Source: Sulfurimonadaceae bacterium (GTDB lineage Bacteria; Campylobacterota; Campylobacteria; Campylobacterales; Sulfurimonadaceae). Taken from it: a stretch of 64,000 nucleotides of DNA. The translations under genes were made by a program, and so were the position numbers. Below the pieces are notes generated by a model. The model ran no database searches, was not told the origin of the DNA, and saw nothing but the letters and a program-made list of their open reading frames with translations. Shown one piece after another: positions 29,438 to 39,806 of this stretch. Each line of letters begins with the position of its first letter. The first letter of the stretch is position 1. The stretch covers positions 1 to 64,000 of the forward strand of contig JBFEXS010000001.1 in NCBI GenBank assembly GCA_041562555.1, read 5' to 3'.

Positions 29438-30830
29438 GAATGATCTCTTTAAATATAAATAGAATAAGGGTAAAAAGCAGGAGCCCAAGAAGGAGCCAAA
29501 GCATTTTTTTGTCTGAAAGTATAACGAAAAAGCGTTTTGTACCATAGGCTTTGATGGTATATATAAACAGAATAAGTCCACTTGCAGATGATGCCAAAGC
29601 AAGACCCATGGCCCCCATTGGCCGGATTAATACCAAGGAAAGTACTACATTGGCAATCAGGGCATAGGTCGCGATCTTGGCTGCTTCACCCTGTCGATGT
29701 TCGGCGTATAACTTCAAGGAAAAGAGTTTGCTTAGACCGTAGGGTAAGAGTCCGAGCATATACATCTGCAATACAAGCGCGGTGTTATGGGTGTCATCTG
29801 ATGTGAAGGCACCTCGCTCGAACAGAAGCCAGATAATCTCTTCGGATAACACATACCCACCTATAAGCGAGAGGCTTAAAAGAGCTGTTAGAAACCAAAA
29901 TGCCTGATAAAACGCCTTTTGTGCTTCATCATGCTTGTCATGCCGTAGGTAGCGTGAAATCCTGGGGAAAAGCGCAACGGAAGTAGCAATAGCGAAAAGA
30001 GCAAGGGGAAGTTGAAAAATGCGGTTGGCATAATAGAGGTAAGAGATAGAACCAGTAACTAAAAAACTTGCCGGCCAGGTGTCCAGAAAAGCCGAGAATT
30101 GTGCTGTTGAATTTCCCCATATCGCAGGGAAAAAGCTTCTTTGAAACCGTTTTTTACTTGTGCTGAGATCGCTTTTTTCAGCATTGAAATATTTGAAGCC
30201 ACCCACTAAGAACTTTAGGATGCCTTTTTGTCTTGCCATAAGAAGATGGGAGACAAACTGCAAACATCCTCCCACGAGTACACCAAAGCTCAGATAATAG
30301 ACAATCTCATCTGAAGCTTTGTCTTGTGCCAACAAAAGAGCAGAGATCATGGCCAGATTAAGTAACCCGGTAGAAAAAGCCGTAGTGGCAAAATGTTCCT
30401 TGTATTGCAACAACGCGGATAAAAAGCTGACGGCAAATATAAGGAGGAGGTAATAAAAGTTGATAGCTACAAAAGGAGCTGCCATTTCAAGAGTGTTCTC
30501 ATCGAATCCCAAGGCAATGAGTTTGGCGGCATAATAGGGGAAAAGTTGTACACCGATGGTAAGCAATAGGATAATAAAGAAAAAAAGGACAAAGATGTGT
30601 ACGGCGAAAATGGACTTGTTCTTAGCTGCAGTAAAACTGGGAATAAAGCTTTGTGAAAAAGCACCTTCGGCAAAAATTCGTCTAAACAGATTTGGGAGTT
30701 TAAAGGCAATGAAAAAGATATCACTGTAGATGTTGGCACCTAGGAAAGAAGCAGTCAAGAGATCGCGTATAAAGCCCAAAACACGTGAAAAAAGTGTACC
30801 GATACTGTTAGTGAATATTGATTTAAACAT
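29424..30830 (-). CDS. murJ: Lipid II flippase MurJ
   Basis: SRVLGFIRD, PNLFRRIFAEGAF, YYANRIFQLPL. Confidence 0.95.
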   Translation of the reverse strand: MFKSIFTNSIGTLFSRVLGFIRDLLTASFLGANIYSDIFFIAFKLPNLFRRIFAEGAFSQSFIPSFTAAKNKSIFAVHIFVLFFFIILLLTIGVQLFPYYAAKLIALGFDENTLEMAAPFVAINFYYLLLIFAVSFLSALLQYKEHFATTAFSTGLLNLAMISALLLAQDKASDEIVYYLSFGVLVGGCLQFVSHLLMARQKGILKFLVGGFKYFNAEKSDLSTSKKRFQRSFFPAIWGNSTAQFSAFLDTWPASFLVTGSISYLYYANRIFQLPLALFAIATSVALFPRISRYLRHDKHDEAQKAFYQAFWFLTALLSLSLIGGYVLSEEIIWLLFERGAFTSDDTHNTALVLQMYMLGLLPYGLSKLFSLKLYAEHRQGEAAKIATYALIANVVLSLVLIRPMGAMGLALASSASGLILFIYTIKAYGTKRFFVILSDKKMLWLLLGLLLFTLILFIFKEIIHDYI

Positions 30831-30915
30831 AAGTCCCTGATTGTTGGTATACTAATTGCTAAAGTTTTGCGTATAATAGTATAATTAAAATAAAAGAACA
30901 AAGGGTGTCGATAAT

Positions 30916-32793
30916 ATGGGACAAAACGAAGCTAAGATAGATGAGTTTAAACCCTTTGTCGTACGTACAGACAATATTGCCAAAGAGTTGGTATCAACGG
31001 CAACCAATCATAAACTCAAAGCCTCGGATCTTGATTTCAATCTACTGGAGGTGCAAACGTTCATCAAGAGAGAGGATACAGAGGAAGAGATCTCCTATGA
31101 TGATTTCGACACATTAAATGATGAAGCGCTATTAGCGGATCCTACGGTAGAGATCCGCCAGAGTTACGAAGTGGAGATTGTTAAAGCGGACGATAATGAC
31201 CCTTTTGGAAAACTCAACCTAAGTATTGGTGCCAACCCTAGTATGTCCCGTCTCTTTGCTTCGGTTAAGCCAGGTTCGGTGGTCGAGTATTATGAGGGGA
31301 TGGCTACTGACCTGCGCCAATTTATCAACAAGCGTAAACTACGTGCACATATGCTGATTGGATTTTGGGATGCAAAATTTGATGAAGAGATAGCCAAGTT
31401 CGTGGCTAAAGTTCAAGTCGCTTCGACGCTTGAAGTCACCGAAAAAATTGTACTTGAGGTTGGGTCTGCTCTGGATCCGGTGACAACTGTTGATGACAAG
31501 CTGATAGTGCATTATGAAAAAGAAGATGTCAAAGATGAGAAAGCGAAGGTAGACCATGCAAACCGAGGTTTTGTCAAAGGTATAAAAGCCGGTGACCTGC
31601 TTGTTGAATATATCAAGCCGAAAAAGGGTGAAGCCGGACGAAATTGCAGGGGGGAGTTTATTGAACCGACGGATCCTGTGATCGCAAATGTACCTAACTT
31701 CAATGTGAGTGAAAAGATCGAAGTTGTTGAGAACGAAGATAACATCGAATACCGTGCCAAAGAAAGCGGTTATGTGACTTTTGAGAACAATACCTATGAT
31801 ATCAAGGTTGAGGTGGAAGTCTCCGAAGTAAGTTTCAGAACGACCGGTTCTATCGGAGCCGGTGTTGATACGGATGTATCACTGAATGTAAAAGAGGCCG
31901 ATGCTTTCAAAGATGCCATTGGTGCGGGGATGGAAATTGAGGTCAATGAGATCAATGTTGATGGCAATGTGGGAAACAATGCACGGATCAAAGCGAACAA
32001 AGTCAGTATCGAAGGACAGACCCACCAAAGTTCTTATATTGAAGCTGATGATATCAAGATCAATATTCATAAGGGCAAGGTGAAGGGTAAGAAGATCTCA
32101 ATTTCCCGTTTGGAACAGGGTGTCGTTGAAGGTGAAACGGTAGAGGTGTTTCAAGCTACTGGTGGGAAAATTATCGGTAAGGAAGTGTTGATTGATACGA
32201 TCTCTTCACATGTCAGTGTCATAGCCAGTTCAAAGATCGAGATCAATAACTTCAATGGAGAAGAGAACAGTTTTACGATCTCTCCCGTATTGTATGAATC
32301 AGATAAAGAGAGCCTGCACGATAATGAAGATGAGATCATTGAGCAAAAAAGAAAGGTCCGTAAATTAAAAGATGAGCTTGAGAAGAAGCAGAAGGTTCTC
32401 CAAACCAATGAGAGTGCGATCGTTGATCTGAAAAAACGTTTGGCTCATTACAAAAAAAGCGGAGCAAAAATGCCGGGCTCATTTGTCGTCAAGTTTAAAG
32501 AGTTCCAGGAGTTGCAAAAACAGATTGTCTCTTTGACTACGGAACTGCAACAGAGCGAAAGTAAACTTGAACTGCTTAATGCCAAAACCGATGCCTTGCA
32601 AGAGAATATACTGGATGCGAAGATTATCAATCATGATACCTATAAGGGACATAATGAGATACGCTTTAAACTGCTTGAGCCAGAACTTGAGCTTTACTAT
32701 GTTCCTAAAGGGCAGAGTGATGAAAAGTGTTTCATGTTTCATTATGATGAGGAGACAGAGTCTTACGAGATCAAAGGAAGTCATGAGATATAA
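30916..32793 (+). CDS. Flagellar assembly protein A (FapA/DUF342)
   Basis: PKKGEAGRNCRG, beta-helix-like repeats, C-terminal coiled coil; conserved position between murJ and ruvA. Confidence 0.8.
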   Translation: MGQNEAKIDEFKPFVVRTDNIAKELVSTATNHKLKASDLDFNLLEVQTFIKREDTEEEISYDDFDTLNDEALLADPTVEIRQSYEVEIVKADDNDPFGKLNLSIGANPSMSRLFASVKPGSVVEYYEGMATDLRQFINKRKLRAHMLIGFWDAKFDEEIAKFVAKVQVASTLEVTEKIVLEVGSALDPVTTVDDKLIVHYEKEDVKDEKAKVDHANRGFVKGIKAGDLLVEYIKPKKGEAGRNCRGEFIEPTDPVIANVPNFNVSEKIEVVENEDNIEYRAKESGYVTFENNTYDIKVEVEVSEVSFRTTGSIGAGVDTDVSLNVKEADAFKDAIGAGMEIEVNEINVDGNVGNNARIKANKVSIEGQTHQSSYIEADDIKINIHKGKVKGKKISISRLEQGVVEGETVEVFQATGGKIIGKEVLIDTISSHVSVIASSKIEINNFNGEENSFTISPVLYESDKESLHDNEDEIIEQKRKVRKLKDELEKKQKVLQTNESAIVDLKKRLAHYKKSGAKMPGSFVVKFKEFQELQKQIVSLTTELQQSESKLELLNAKTDALQENILDAKIINHDTYKGHNEIRFKLLEPELELYYVPKGQSDEKCFMFHYDEETESYEIKGSHEI

Positions 32794-32835
32794 GGACATT
32801 GGCATATATACATATTTATTGAGAATGGAAATGGA

Positions 32836-33387
32836 ATGATCGTAGGAATTGAAGGAATTATTGAAAAAAAAGAACCGACGCTGGTGCATATCAATGTCAA
32901 CGGACTTATTTACGAGGTCTATATCTCCATTAACACTTTCCATGCTTTGGATATGGAACGTATAAAGTTGTATACGGTACAGATTATTCGTGAAGATGCC
33001 CATAGTCTGTATGGTTTTTCAACGGAGAGCGAAAAGCAGATGTTTACACAACTGATCAAGATCAACGGAGTAGGCCCAAAGGTAGCCCTTGCGATCTGTT
33101 CTACGTATACCCCAAGCTCCTTTGCTGCTATCGTCCAGGCTAATGATGTTGGCTCACTTAAGCGCGTTCCGGGTATTGGCCCCAAAGGTGCGTCGCGCAT
33201 CTTGGTTGAACTAAGCAACTTTGTCGTTGACACCAATGAAACTTCCACAACACCGTCTCAAGCAGAAGCTGCAATGGCACTGGAAAGTCTGGGCTTTAAA
33301 AAGGAACAGATTATTAAGGTTCTAAGTGGTATTCACTCCAGTGATACAGGTGAGATCGTCAAAGAAGCCCTTAAAAAGTTAAGTTGA
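32836..33387 (+). CDS. ruvA: Holliday junction branch migration protein RuvA
   Basis: [33 protein letters not shown]. Confidence 0.96.
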   Translation: MIVGIEGIIEKKEPTLVHINVNGLIYEVYISINTFHALDMERIKLYTVQIIREDAHSLYGFSTESEKQMFTQLIKINGVGPKVALAICSTYTPSSFAAIVQANDVGSLKRVPGIGPKGASRILVELSNFVVDTNETSTTPSQAEAAMALESLGFKKEQIIKVLSGIHSSDTGEIVKEALKKLS

Positions 33388-33487
33388 TCAACTGGGTTTT
33401 TCTAGGATCAGAGGAATCGACTCTTAGGGCTTGTTTTAAACTTTATTCGCTAAAATAAGCTTCTATTATTACATCAGGAATTTTATA

Positions 33488-34519
33488 TTGAACTTAGCAA
33501 TACTTTTTGGCGGTGCCTCTTATGAACATGAGATCAGCATTGTCTCAGCCATCACCCTCAAAGAAAAACTTTCGACCTTGGATCTGGAGTTTATTTTTTT
33601 AGATCAAGATCATACTTTTTATTATATCGATGCAAAGAGTATGGATGCTAAAACTTTTAGCAGTGGAGCGTATACAAAGATGCCGGTACTGCAATTAGAG
33701 CAGGGCGGGTTTTATCAAAAAAACCTGTTTGGCAGCAAGAGCATGCGTTTTGATCGTGTCCTAAATCTCATACACGGTGCAGACGGAGAAGATGCGACGA
33801 TCGCCTCGCTCTTTGAATTCTTTCATATCGACTACATCGGTCCGCGCAAAGATGCGAGTGTCATGAGCTTTGACAAGTTTATGACAAAGGCTTATGCAGG
33901 CGCGTGCAAGGTTGATACTGTTTCATATGAAGTCCTGCATGGAGAGCGAACATCCAAGATAGCATTCCCACTGATCATCAAGCCTACACGTTTGGGTAGC
34001 TCCATTGGTGTGAGTATTGTTAAACAACCTGAAGAGCTTGATTATGCTTTGGATGTGGCTTATGAGTTTGATGAGAGATTGCTTATTGAGCCTTTCATAG
34101 AAGGTGTTAAAGAGTACAATGTCGCGGGATGCATGACTCGAGACGGTTTAAAGCTATCCATCGTCGAAGAACCGCAAAAGGATGAGTTTTTAGACTTTGA
34201 CAAAAAATATTTGGATTTTTCCCGATCGGAACAGGTACATGAAGCGGATATATCCGAGGAACTGAAAGCACGTCTGTATGAGGCTTTTGAAAAGATATAT
34301 GTGCCAATCTTTGAGGGAGCCCTAATCCGATGTGATTTTTTTGTCCTTGATGACAAGGTTCTCTTGAATGAAATTAACCCGATTCCGGGGTCAATGGCGA
34401 ATTATCTCTTTGAAGACTTTACACAAGTTATCAAAGACCTGACTCTTCCACAGATGAAAGAGATACGGGTGAGTTATAACTATCTCCATTCAATCCGTTC
34501 GGCAAAAGGCAAGGCATAG
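33488..34519 (+). CDS. ddl: D-alanine--D-alanine ligase
   Basis: FGGASYEHEISIVSA, HGADGED, GSSIG, NEINPIPG. Confidence 0.95.
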   Translation: MNLAILFGGASYEHEISIVSAITLKEKLSTLDLEFIFLDQDHTFYYIDAKSMDAKTFSSGAYTKMPVLQLEQGGFYQKNLFGSKSMRFDRVLNLIHGADGEDATIASLFEFFHIDYIGPRKDASVMSFDKFMTKAYAGACKVDTVSYEVLHGERTSKIAFPLIIKPTRLGSSIGVSIVKQPEELDYALDVAYEFDERLLIEPFIEGVKEYNVAGCMTRDGLKLSIVEEPQKDEFLDFDKKYLDFSRSEQVHEADISEELKARLYEAFEKIYVPIFEGALIRCDFFVLDDKVLLNEINPIPGSMANYLFEDFTQVIKDLTLPQMKEIRVSYNYLHSIRSAKGKA

Positions 34520-35242
34520 ATGGCTATCAAGAGTTTTCAACACGACCAGGCAAGTTTTAGTATCTCCTATGAGATCGTCAACCCCTCTGCCAAGCATGAT
34601 CTGATAGTATTGCATGGATGGGGTTCCAATAAAGAGATAATGAAACAGGCCTTTGGCGAGCACATGAAGAGTTTTCGTCATATTTATATCGATTTGCCCG
34701 GTTTTGGCGGAAGTATCAATCACAAGGTGCTTGACACAGCTGAATATGCACGTATTATCGAACTTTTCTTAGAGCTGATCGGAGCGAAAAAAGAGATGAT
34801 CATGGGACACTCCTTTGGTGGGAAAGTGGCTACACTGCTCAATCCTGATCTTTTGGTCTTACTCTCTTCCGCAGGGATTAAACTGCCGAAGTCATTCAAT
34901 GTGAAACTTAAGATCAAATTGACAAAGCTGGCAAATGCTCTGGGGATAAGGAGTGTGAGTAGACTTTTTCGTGCAAACGATGCAAAGACGCTAAACCGCG
35001 TAATGTATGAAACATTCAAAAAAGTTGTCGATGAGAATTTCTCCAAAGAGTTCTCTGAGTTTCATAATAAGGCTTTGATCTGCTGGGGAGAAAAAGACAC
35101 TGCAACACCGGTGATCGCCGGCCAGACAATTGCCGATCTCATTAAAAGAAACCGTTTTACGGTATATCAGGGAGATCATTATTTCTTTTTAAACAGAGCA
35201 AAGTCCATTGCTGCCGAAATTGAAAAGGAGTATCTAAAATAA
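34520..35242 (+). CDS. Alpha/beta hydrolase
   Basis: LHGWG, DLPGFG, GHSFGG, GDH. Confidence 0.9.
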   Translation: MAIKSFQHDQASFSISYEIVNPSAKHDLIVLHGWGSNKEIMKQAFGEHMKSFRHIYIDLPGFGGSINHKVLDTAEYARIIELFLELIGAKKEMIMGHSFGGKVATLLNPDLLVLLSSAGIKLPKSFNVKLKIKLTKLANALGIRSVSRLFRANDAKTLNRVMYETFKKVVDENFSKEFSEFHNKALICWGEKDTATPVIAGQTIADLIKRNRFTVYQGDHYFFLNRAKSIAAEIEKEYLK

Positions 35243-36699
35243 TGGCATATATAGAGTTGCTTCTTTTTGTGACCAATGTACTGTTTGTATTGAGTCTTGG
35301 CTGGTATCTCATCACAAACCTGCAATGGTATAACTACCAGATCGATCGCGTTGTCACCAAGCATCATAAGCCGTGGTGGCACCTTTTTTACTTTATTCTG
35401 CCGTTTATGATCTATTATGCCATGTATGCATTCAAGTGGGAAGAGTTCTTCAGTATCTATTTCTATTTTGCAGCGCTTCCGGCACTTTTCGTATGGCATA
35501 AAAAACTGGATAAACCGCTGGTATTAACATGGCGGGTCAGGCGTTTTCTGATACTTTTGGTCTTTTTAACGCTCTTTCAAAACTTCTTATGCACGATTAA
35601 AGATGATTGTGAAGTGTATGGTGTGTTTATGCCACTGCTTGTGGCTACGATAGGTTCAATATTTATAGAGAAATTTTTATTCCTGGCGTACATGAAAGAG
35701 GCAAAGCAAAAGCTCACGCAGATGAATGAGCTTAAAATTGTGGCGATTACGGGAAGTTATGGGAAGACGAGTATGAAAAACTTTGTCTTCCAGATTCTGC
35801 AAAAGAAATACAAGACCTATATGACACCACGTTCGGTCAATACTTTGGGTGGTCTGATCAAGGACATTAATACGGATCTCCCTTCAGATACACAGGTCTA
35901 TGTTGCAGAAGCGGGTGCAAGACAAAAAGGTGATATCTACCAGATAGCCCAACTATTAAATCATCATATTGCTATTGTCGGCAAGATTGGTCCGGCGCAT
36001 ATCGAATATTTTAAATCTATTGAGAATATCGTCAGGACAAAATTGGAACTGATGCAGAGCAAACGTCTGGAGAAAGCCTTTGTCCATGAAAGTGCGACAA
36101 ATGAACCACATGAAAAAGTCGAGTTTTTTGGCTCGGAGATCAGCGGTCTTCACTCAAGTCTTGAGGGGCTTAGATTCACACTTGAGATTGAAGGGAAGCG
36201 TTACCCTTTTGAGACACGTGTCCTGGGAGCATTTCAGGCAATCAATATCGCTGCTGCCGTAAAGGTGGCTCTGTATCTTGGTATGGGCATTGAGGAGATA
36301 CAAAAAGCTGTTTCTGAACTTGAAGGGGTGGAGCATAGACTTCAACGTATCGATGCCGGTGGGAAAATCATCCTTGATGACGGGTTTAATGGAAACATTG
36401 ATGGGATGAAAGAAGCGATAAACCTCTGTGCTGAACATCAGGGCCCCAAGGTGATTGTGACCCCGGGACTTGTGGAAAGCACGGATGAATTAAACCTTGA
36501 ACTGATTGAAGAGATCAATAAGGTCTTTGATACGGTCATCGTCACCGGTGCTTTGAATGCGGCTCTTTTCGATAAGCACCTGCATGTCAAGAATAAGATC
36601 ATGCTAAGTGACAAGTCAAAACTGACGGATCTGCTGGCGAAACAGACTGCAAGCGGAGATATTATCCTCTTTGCAAATGATGCACCAAGTTTTATATGA
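35242..36699 (+). CDS. murF: Mur ligase (UDP-MurNAc-tripeptide--D-Ala-D-Ala ligase) with N-terminal TM segments
   Basis: ITGSYGKTS, HRLQ, ILDDGFNGN; follows ddl as in Campylobacterota. Confidence 0.88.
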   Translation: MAYIELLLFVTNVLFVLSLGWYLITNLQWYNYQIDRVVTKHHKPWWHLFYFILPFMIYYAMYAFKWEEFFSIYFYFAALPALFVWHKKLDKPLVLTWRVRRFLILLVFLTLFQNFLCTIKDDCEVYGVFMPLLVATIGSIFIEKFLFLAYMKEAKQKLTQMNELKIVAITGSYGKTSMKNFVFQILQKKYKTYMTPRSVNTLGGLIKDINTDLPSDTQVYVAEAGARQKGDIYQIAQLLNHHIAIVGKIGPAHIEYFKSIENIVRTKLELMQSKRLEKAFVHESATNEPHEKVEFFGSEISGLHSSLEGLRFTLEIEGKRYPFETRVLGAFQAINIAAAVKVALYLGMGIEEIQKAVSELEGVEHRLQRIDAGGKIILDDGFNGNIDGMKEAINLCAEHQGPKVIVTPGLVESTDELNLELIEEINKVFDTVIVTGALNAALFDKHLHVKNKIMLSDKSKLTDLLAKQTASGDIILFANDAPSFI

Positions 36700-37178
36700 G
36701 ATCACTAGATAGACTTAATGATCTGATTGCCCGTCTTAGCGCATCGGTATTAGTACTTCTTAGCTTTCTGATCGTCTATGATGCCTTATCCCGGTATCTT
36801 TTTCATTCAGGCTCCATAGCGCTTCAAGAGCTAGAATGGCATCTTTTTGATCTGGTGATTTTATTAGGTATCTCTTTTGCCTTGAAAGAAGGTGCCCATG
36901 TTCGTGTTGATATCTTTTATGCCCATTTTAAGCCCAGAACAAAATCAATAGTCTCCATTATCTCGAATCTTTTTCTGATCCTGCCTTTTTCCATGTTGAT
37001 CCTGTACATGGGATATGACTTTGTACTTCAGAGTTATATCCAGAGCGAGGGTTCATGTGATCCAGGTGGACTGCCTTATCGTTTTGTTGTCAAAGGGGTT
37101 ATGCTTCTAAGCTTTTTCCTTGTTGCAGTACAATCGGTAAGTGAGATTGTAAAACACATCAGAGGTCTTAATCAGTGA
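36696..37178 (+). CDS. TRAP transporter small permease (DctQ)
   Basis: QELEWHL, HVRVDIFY, DPGGLP; 4 TM segments. Confidence 0.9.
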   Translation: MRSLDRLNDLIARLSASVLVLLSFLIVYDALSRYLFHSGSIALQELEWHLFDLVILLGISFALKEGAHVRVDIFYAHFKPRTKSIVSIISNLFLILPFSMLILYMGYDFVLQSYIQSEGSCDPGGLPYRFVVKGVMLLSFFLVAVQSVSEIVKHIRGLNQ

Positions 37179-38455
37179 TTGCCTTTATAATGTTCGCACT
37201 TGCCCTGATATTATTGATGCTCGGTTTTGAAGTCGCTTTCGTTTTTGGGTCCGTCGCACTCTTTTTTGCCTTACTGTCTCCCGAGCTTGGTTTGGATGTG
37301 TTTCATTTTCTTCCTTTTAGAATCTACGGGATCATGAGCAACTTTACCTTGATGGCTGTTCCCTTGTTTATCTTTATGGGGCTTGTTTTGGAGAAAAGCC
37401 GTATGGCGGAAGACCTGTTGATCTCAATGAGCCGGCTGTTTGGCTCTGTACGTGGAGGGCTTGCAATCTCTGTAGTCCTGGTCGGGGCTATATTGGCAGC
37501 GTCGACAGGTATTGTGTCTGCTTCGGTTGTTATGATGTCCGTTATCGCACTGCCATTGATGTTGCAGCATGGATATTCCAGATCGCTTTCATCAGGTACC
37601 ATAGCTGCTTCAGGTACATTGGGGCAGATCATTCCTCCATCCATTGTACTGATCATTCTGGGTGATGTGATGAGTGTAAGTGTTGGGGACCTTTTTAAAG
37701 GGGCTGTACTCCCCGGATTTCTTCTGGTCGGTTTATATATTGGATACATAGTAATGTATGCTTTGATAAAAAAGGATGTAGCACCGGCTATAAAAGCAGA
37801 CGGAGTAGGGATAGCAAAGAGTTTGCATGCGATCTTGCCCCCACTTATATTGATCTTTATCGTTCTGGGCTCTATCTTTGCAGGAATAGCATCACCCACG
37901 GAGTCTGCAGCATTCGGTGTCTTTGGTGCGATGATACTTGCAATCTATAAGCGAAGTTTTTCGCTGGAGATGGTGCAATATGCGAGTCTGACGACAGTCA
38001 AGCTCTCGGGGATGATCTTTATGATATTGATTGGAGCCACCGCTTTTTCCTTGGTCTTTAACGAATTGGGAGGCTCGGATATCATCTTAGAGTTTTTTTC
38101 GGAGGATATTGCCGATCCTTGGGTCTTTATCGCCTTTGCAATGCTGATAATCTTTATCCTTGGCTTTTTTATCGATTTCATTGAAATCTCGTTTATTGTG
38201 ATCCCGATCATGGTGCCTATTCTGGGTGAATTGGGGATTGATCCGATCTGGTTCGCTATTCTTGTTGCGATGAACCTTCAAGCCTCGTTTATCACTCCTC
38301 CCTTCGGTCTGTCACTCTTTTTTTTAAAGGGCGCTGCAAAGGAGCTGGTCACAACGGCGCAGATTTATAAAGGGATTGTCCCTTTTATATTTTTACAGTT
38401 AGTGGCATTGGGGCTGGTTATGATCTTCCCTGATTTGGTTTTTGCGTTTTTATAA
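37175..38455 (+). CDS. TRAP transporter large permease (DctM)
   Basis: AVPLFIFMG, GTLGQIIPPS, SPTESAA, TPPFG. Confidence 0.93.
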   Translation: MIAFIMFALALILLMLGFEVAFVFGSVALFFALLSPELGLDVFHFLPFRIYGIMSNFTLMAVPLFIFMGLVLEKSRMAEDLLISMSRLFGSVRGGLAISVVLVGAILAASTGIVSASVVMMSVIALPLMLQHGYSRSLSSGTIAASGTLGQIIPPSIVLIILGDVMSVSVGDLFKGAVLPGFLLVGLYIGYIVMYALIKKDVAPAIKADGVGIAKSLHAILPPLILIFIVLGSIFAGIASPTESAAFGVFGAMILAIYKRSFSLEMVQYASLTTVKLSGMIFMILIGATAFSLVFNELGGSDIILEFFSEDIADPWVFIAFAMLIIFILGFFIDFIEISFIVIPIMVPILGELGIDPIWFAILVAMNLQASFITPPFGLSLFFLKGAAKELVTTAQIYKGIVPFIFLQLVALGLVMIFPDLVFAFL

Positions 38456-38494
38456 GTTACCATATAGATAAATAACATATCAGGGGAAAGTCTT

Positions 38495-38986
38495 ATGGAA
38501 GATATCCTATATGCGCCTTGGCGTACGGAGTATATACAAGAGAAGATCGAAGGATGTGTTTTCTGTCACATCTCAGATCATGCAGATGATGACAAAGACC
38601 TTCATGTCCTCTATCGGGATGAGTATTGTTTTGTCGTCATGAATAAATATCCTTATACACCGGGGCATTTCATGATCATTCCTCATGTACATACGGATGC
38701 CCTGGAATCTCTTGATCCTGAAGTATGGTTACATATTGCTTCTTTGGCACAAAAAGGTGTAAAGCTCTTAAAAGAGGGGTTTAATGCCCAAGGAGTGAAT
38801 ATTGGGATGAATCTGGGGAAAGCAGGCGGCGCAGGAATAGCAGAGCATATTCATCTGCATCTAGTACCTCGATGGGAACGAGACACCAATTTTATCACCT
38901 CAATTGCCCAAACACGTGTATATTCTACAGATTTTGAGACAATCTATCAAAAATTGTTAAATTTAATGCCACAATATTTACTATAA
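38495..38986 (+). CDS. HIT-family hydrolase (Ap4A phosphorylase-like)
   Basis: APWR, CVFC, NKYPY, HIHLHLVPRW. Confidence 0.92.
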   Translation: MEDILYAPWRTEYIQEKIEGCVFCHISDHADDDKDLHVLYRDEYCFVVMNKYPYTPGHFMIIPHVHTDALESLDPEVWLHIASLAQKGVKLLKEGFNAQGVNIGMNLGKAGGAGIAEHIHLHLVPRWERDTNFITSIAQTRVYSTDFETIYQKLLNLMPQYLL

Positions 38987-39024
38987 AATGTTATTATCAC
39001 TGAAAAAAATATCAGAGATTTATT

Positions 39025-39480
39025 ATGCATACGATTTTCACGCCGACAAAAAAGAGTCTGTTGAAGGGTAAGGATCGGGTTCTGGAAGCGATTTCCAGTG
39101 AATCCTATCGTTATGACCGGTACAAGGTTCCTTTTTGCCTAGCTGCTATCAATACCGAGAACCGTTCCCATCTTGAAAATATCAAGAAATATATTCGTAA
39201 GACAGATATATTAATCCCGATCAGTGACACATGTGCCTGCGTCGCTCTTGCTTCGACTGAAATCCAGGATGCCGTTAAAATGGGAGAAAACTTCATTCGC
39301 GATCATGTAACCCACGGAGAAAACAATAGAATCTATATTGGTGTGACAAGTGTAAAGCATAATCACTATAATTATGATATTGTTTCACGTGCTTTTTACA
39401 CTTTGGATAAAGCAAGAGAACAGAACATATCATCTGTAGAAGATGATAATGTATTAGAAAACATGAAGGCTTGTATATGA
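39025..39480 (+). CDS. Degenerate GGDEF-like domain protein
   Basis: RYDRYKVPFCLAAI, IRKTD, IGVT and TLDKAR follow the GGDEF layout, but the GGDEF motif itself is absent. Confidence 0.6.
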   Translation: MHTIFTPTKKSLLKGKDRVLEAISSESYRYDRYKVPFCLAAINTENRSHLENIKKYIRKTDILIPISDTCACVALASTEIQDAVKMGENFIRDHVTHGENNRIYIGVTSVKHNHYNYDIVSRAFYTLDKAREQNISSVEDDNVLENMKACI

Positions 39481-39806
39481 GTATGTCCGTATTATTAGAA
39501 TTTAGTATGTTTCCAACGAGTCCTGATGGCAGGGAAGGAGCAGGTGTCTCCGGGTATGTCAGCAAGGTCATAGATATGATTGACAAGAGTGGTGTTGCCT
39601 ATCAGCTAACTCCAATGGGAACTGTAGTCGAATGTGATTCCATGCGTGATGCTTTGGATGTGATCGAGAAAGCATATGAGTGTCTTAGTGATTGTGAACG
39701 TGTCTATTCTTCACTGAAGTTTGATATTCGTAAAGGTAAAAGTAACCGTCTAAAATCTAAGATAGACTCCGTTCAGAACGTTTTGGGTAGAGAGGTTAAT
39801 CACTAA
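39477..39806 (+). CDS. MTH1187/YkoF-family thiamine-binding protein
   Basis: EFSMFP, YQLTPMGTVVE, RVYSSLKFDIR; ATGA overlap with the upstream gene. Confidence 0.88.
   Translation: MSMSVLLEFSMFPTSPDGREGAGVSGYVSKVIDMIDKSGVAYQLTPMGTVVECDSMRDALDVIEKAYECLSDCERVYSSLKFDIRKGKSNRLKSKIDSVQNVLGREVNH

Noticed and set aside
37324..37899. Long antisense ORFs (also 8469-9095, 612-1055, 10651-11085, 28543-29058, 32479-33003, 54707-55225)
   Set aside because: They lie opposite well-supported genes and have no motifs; these are shadow frames.
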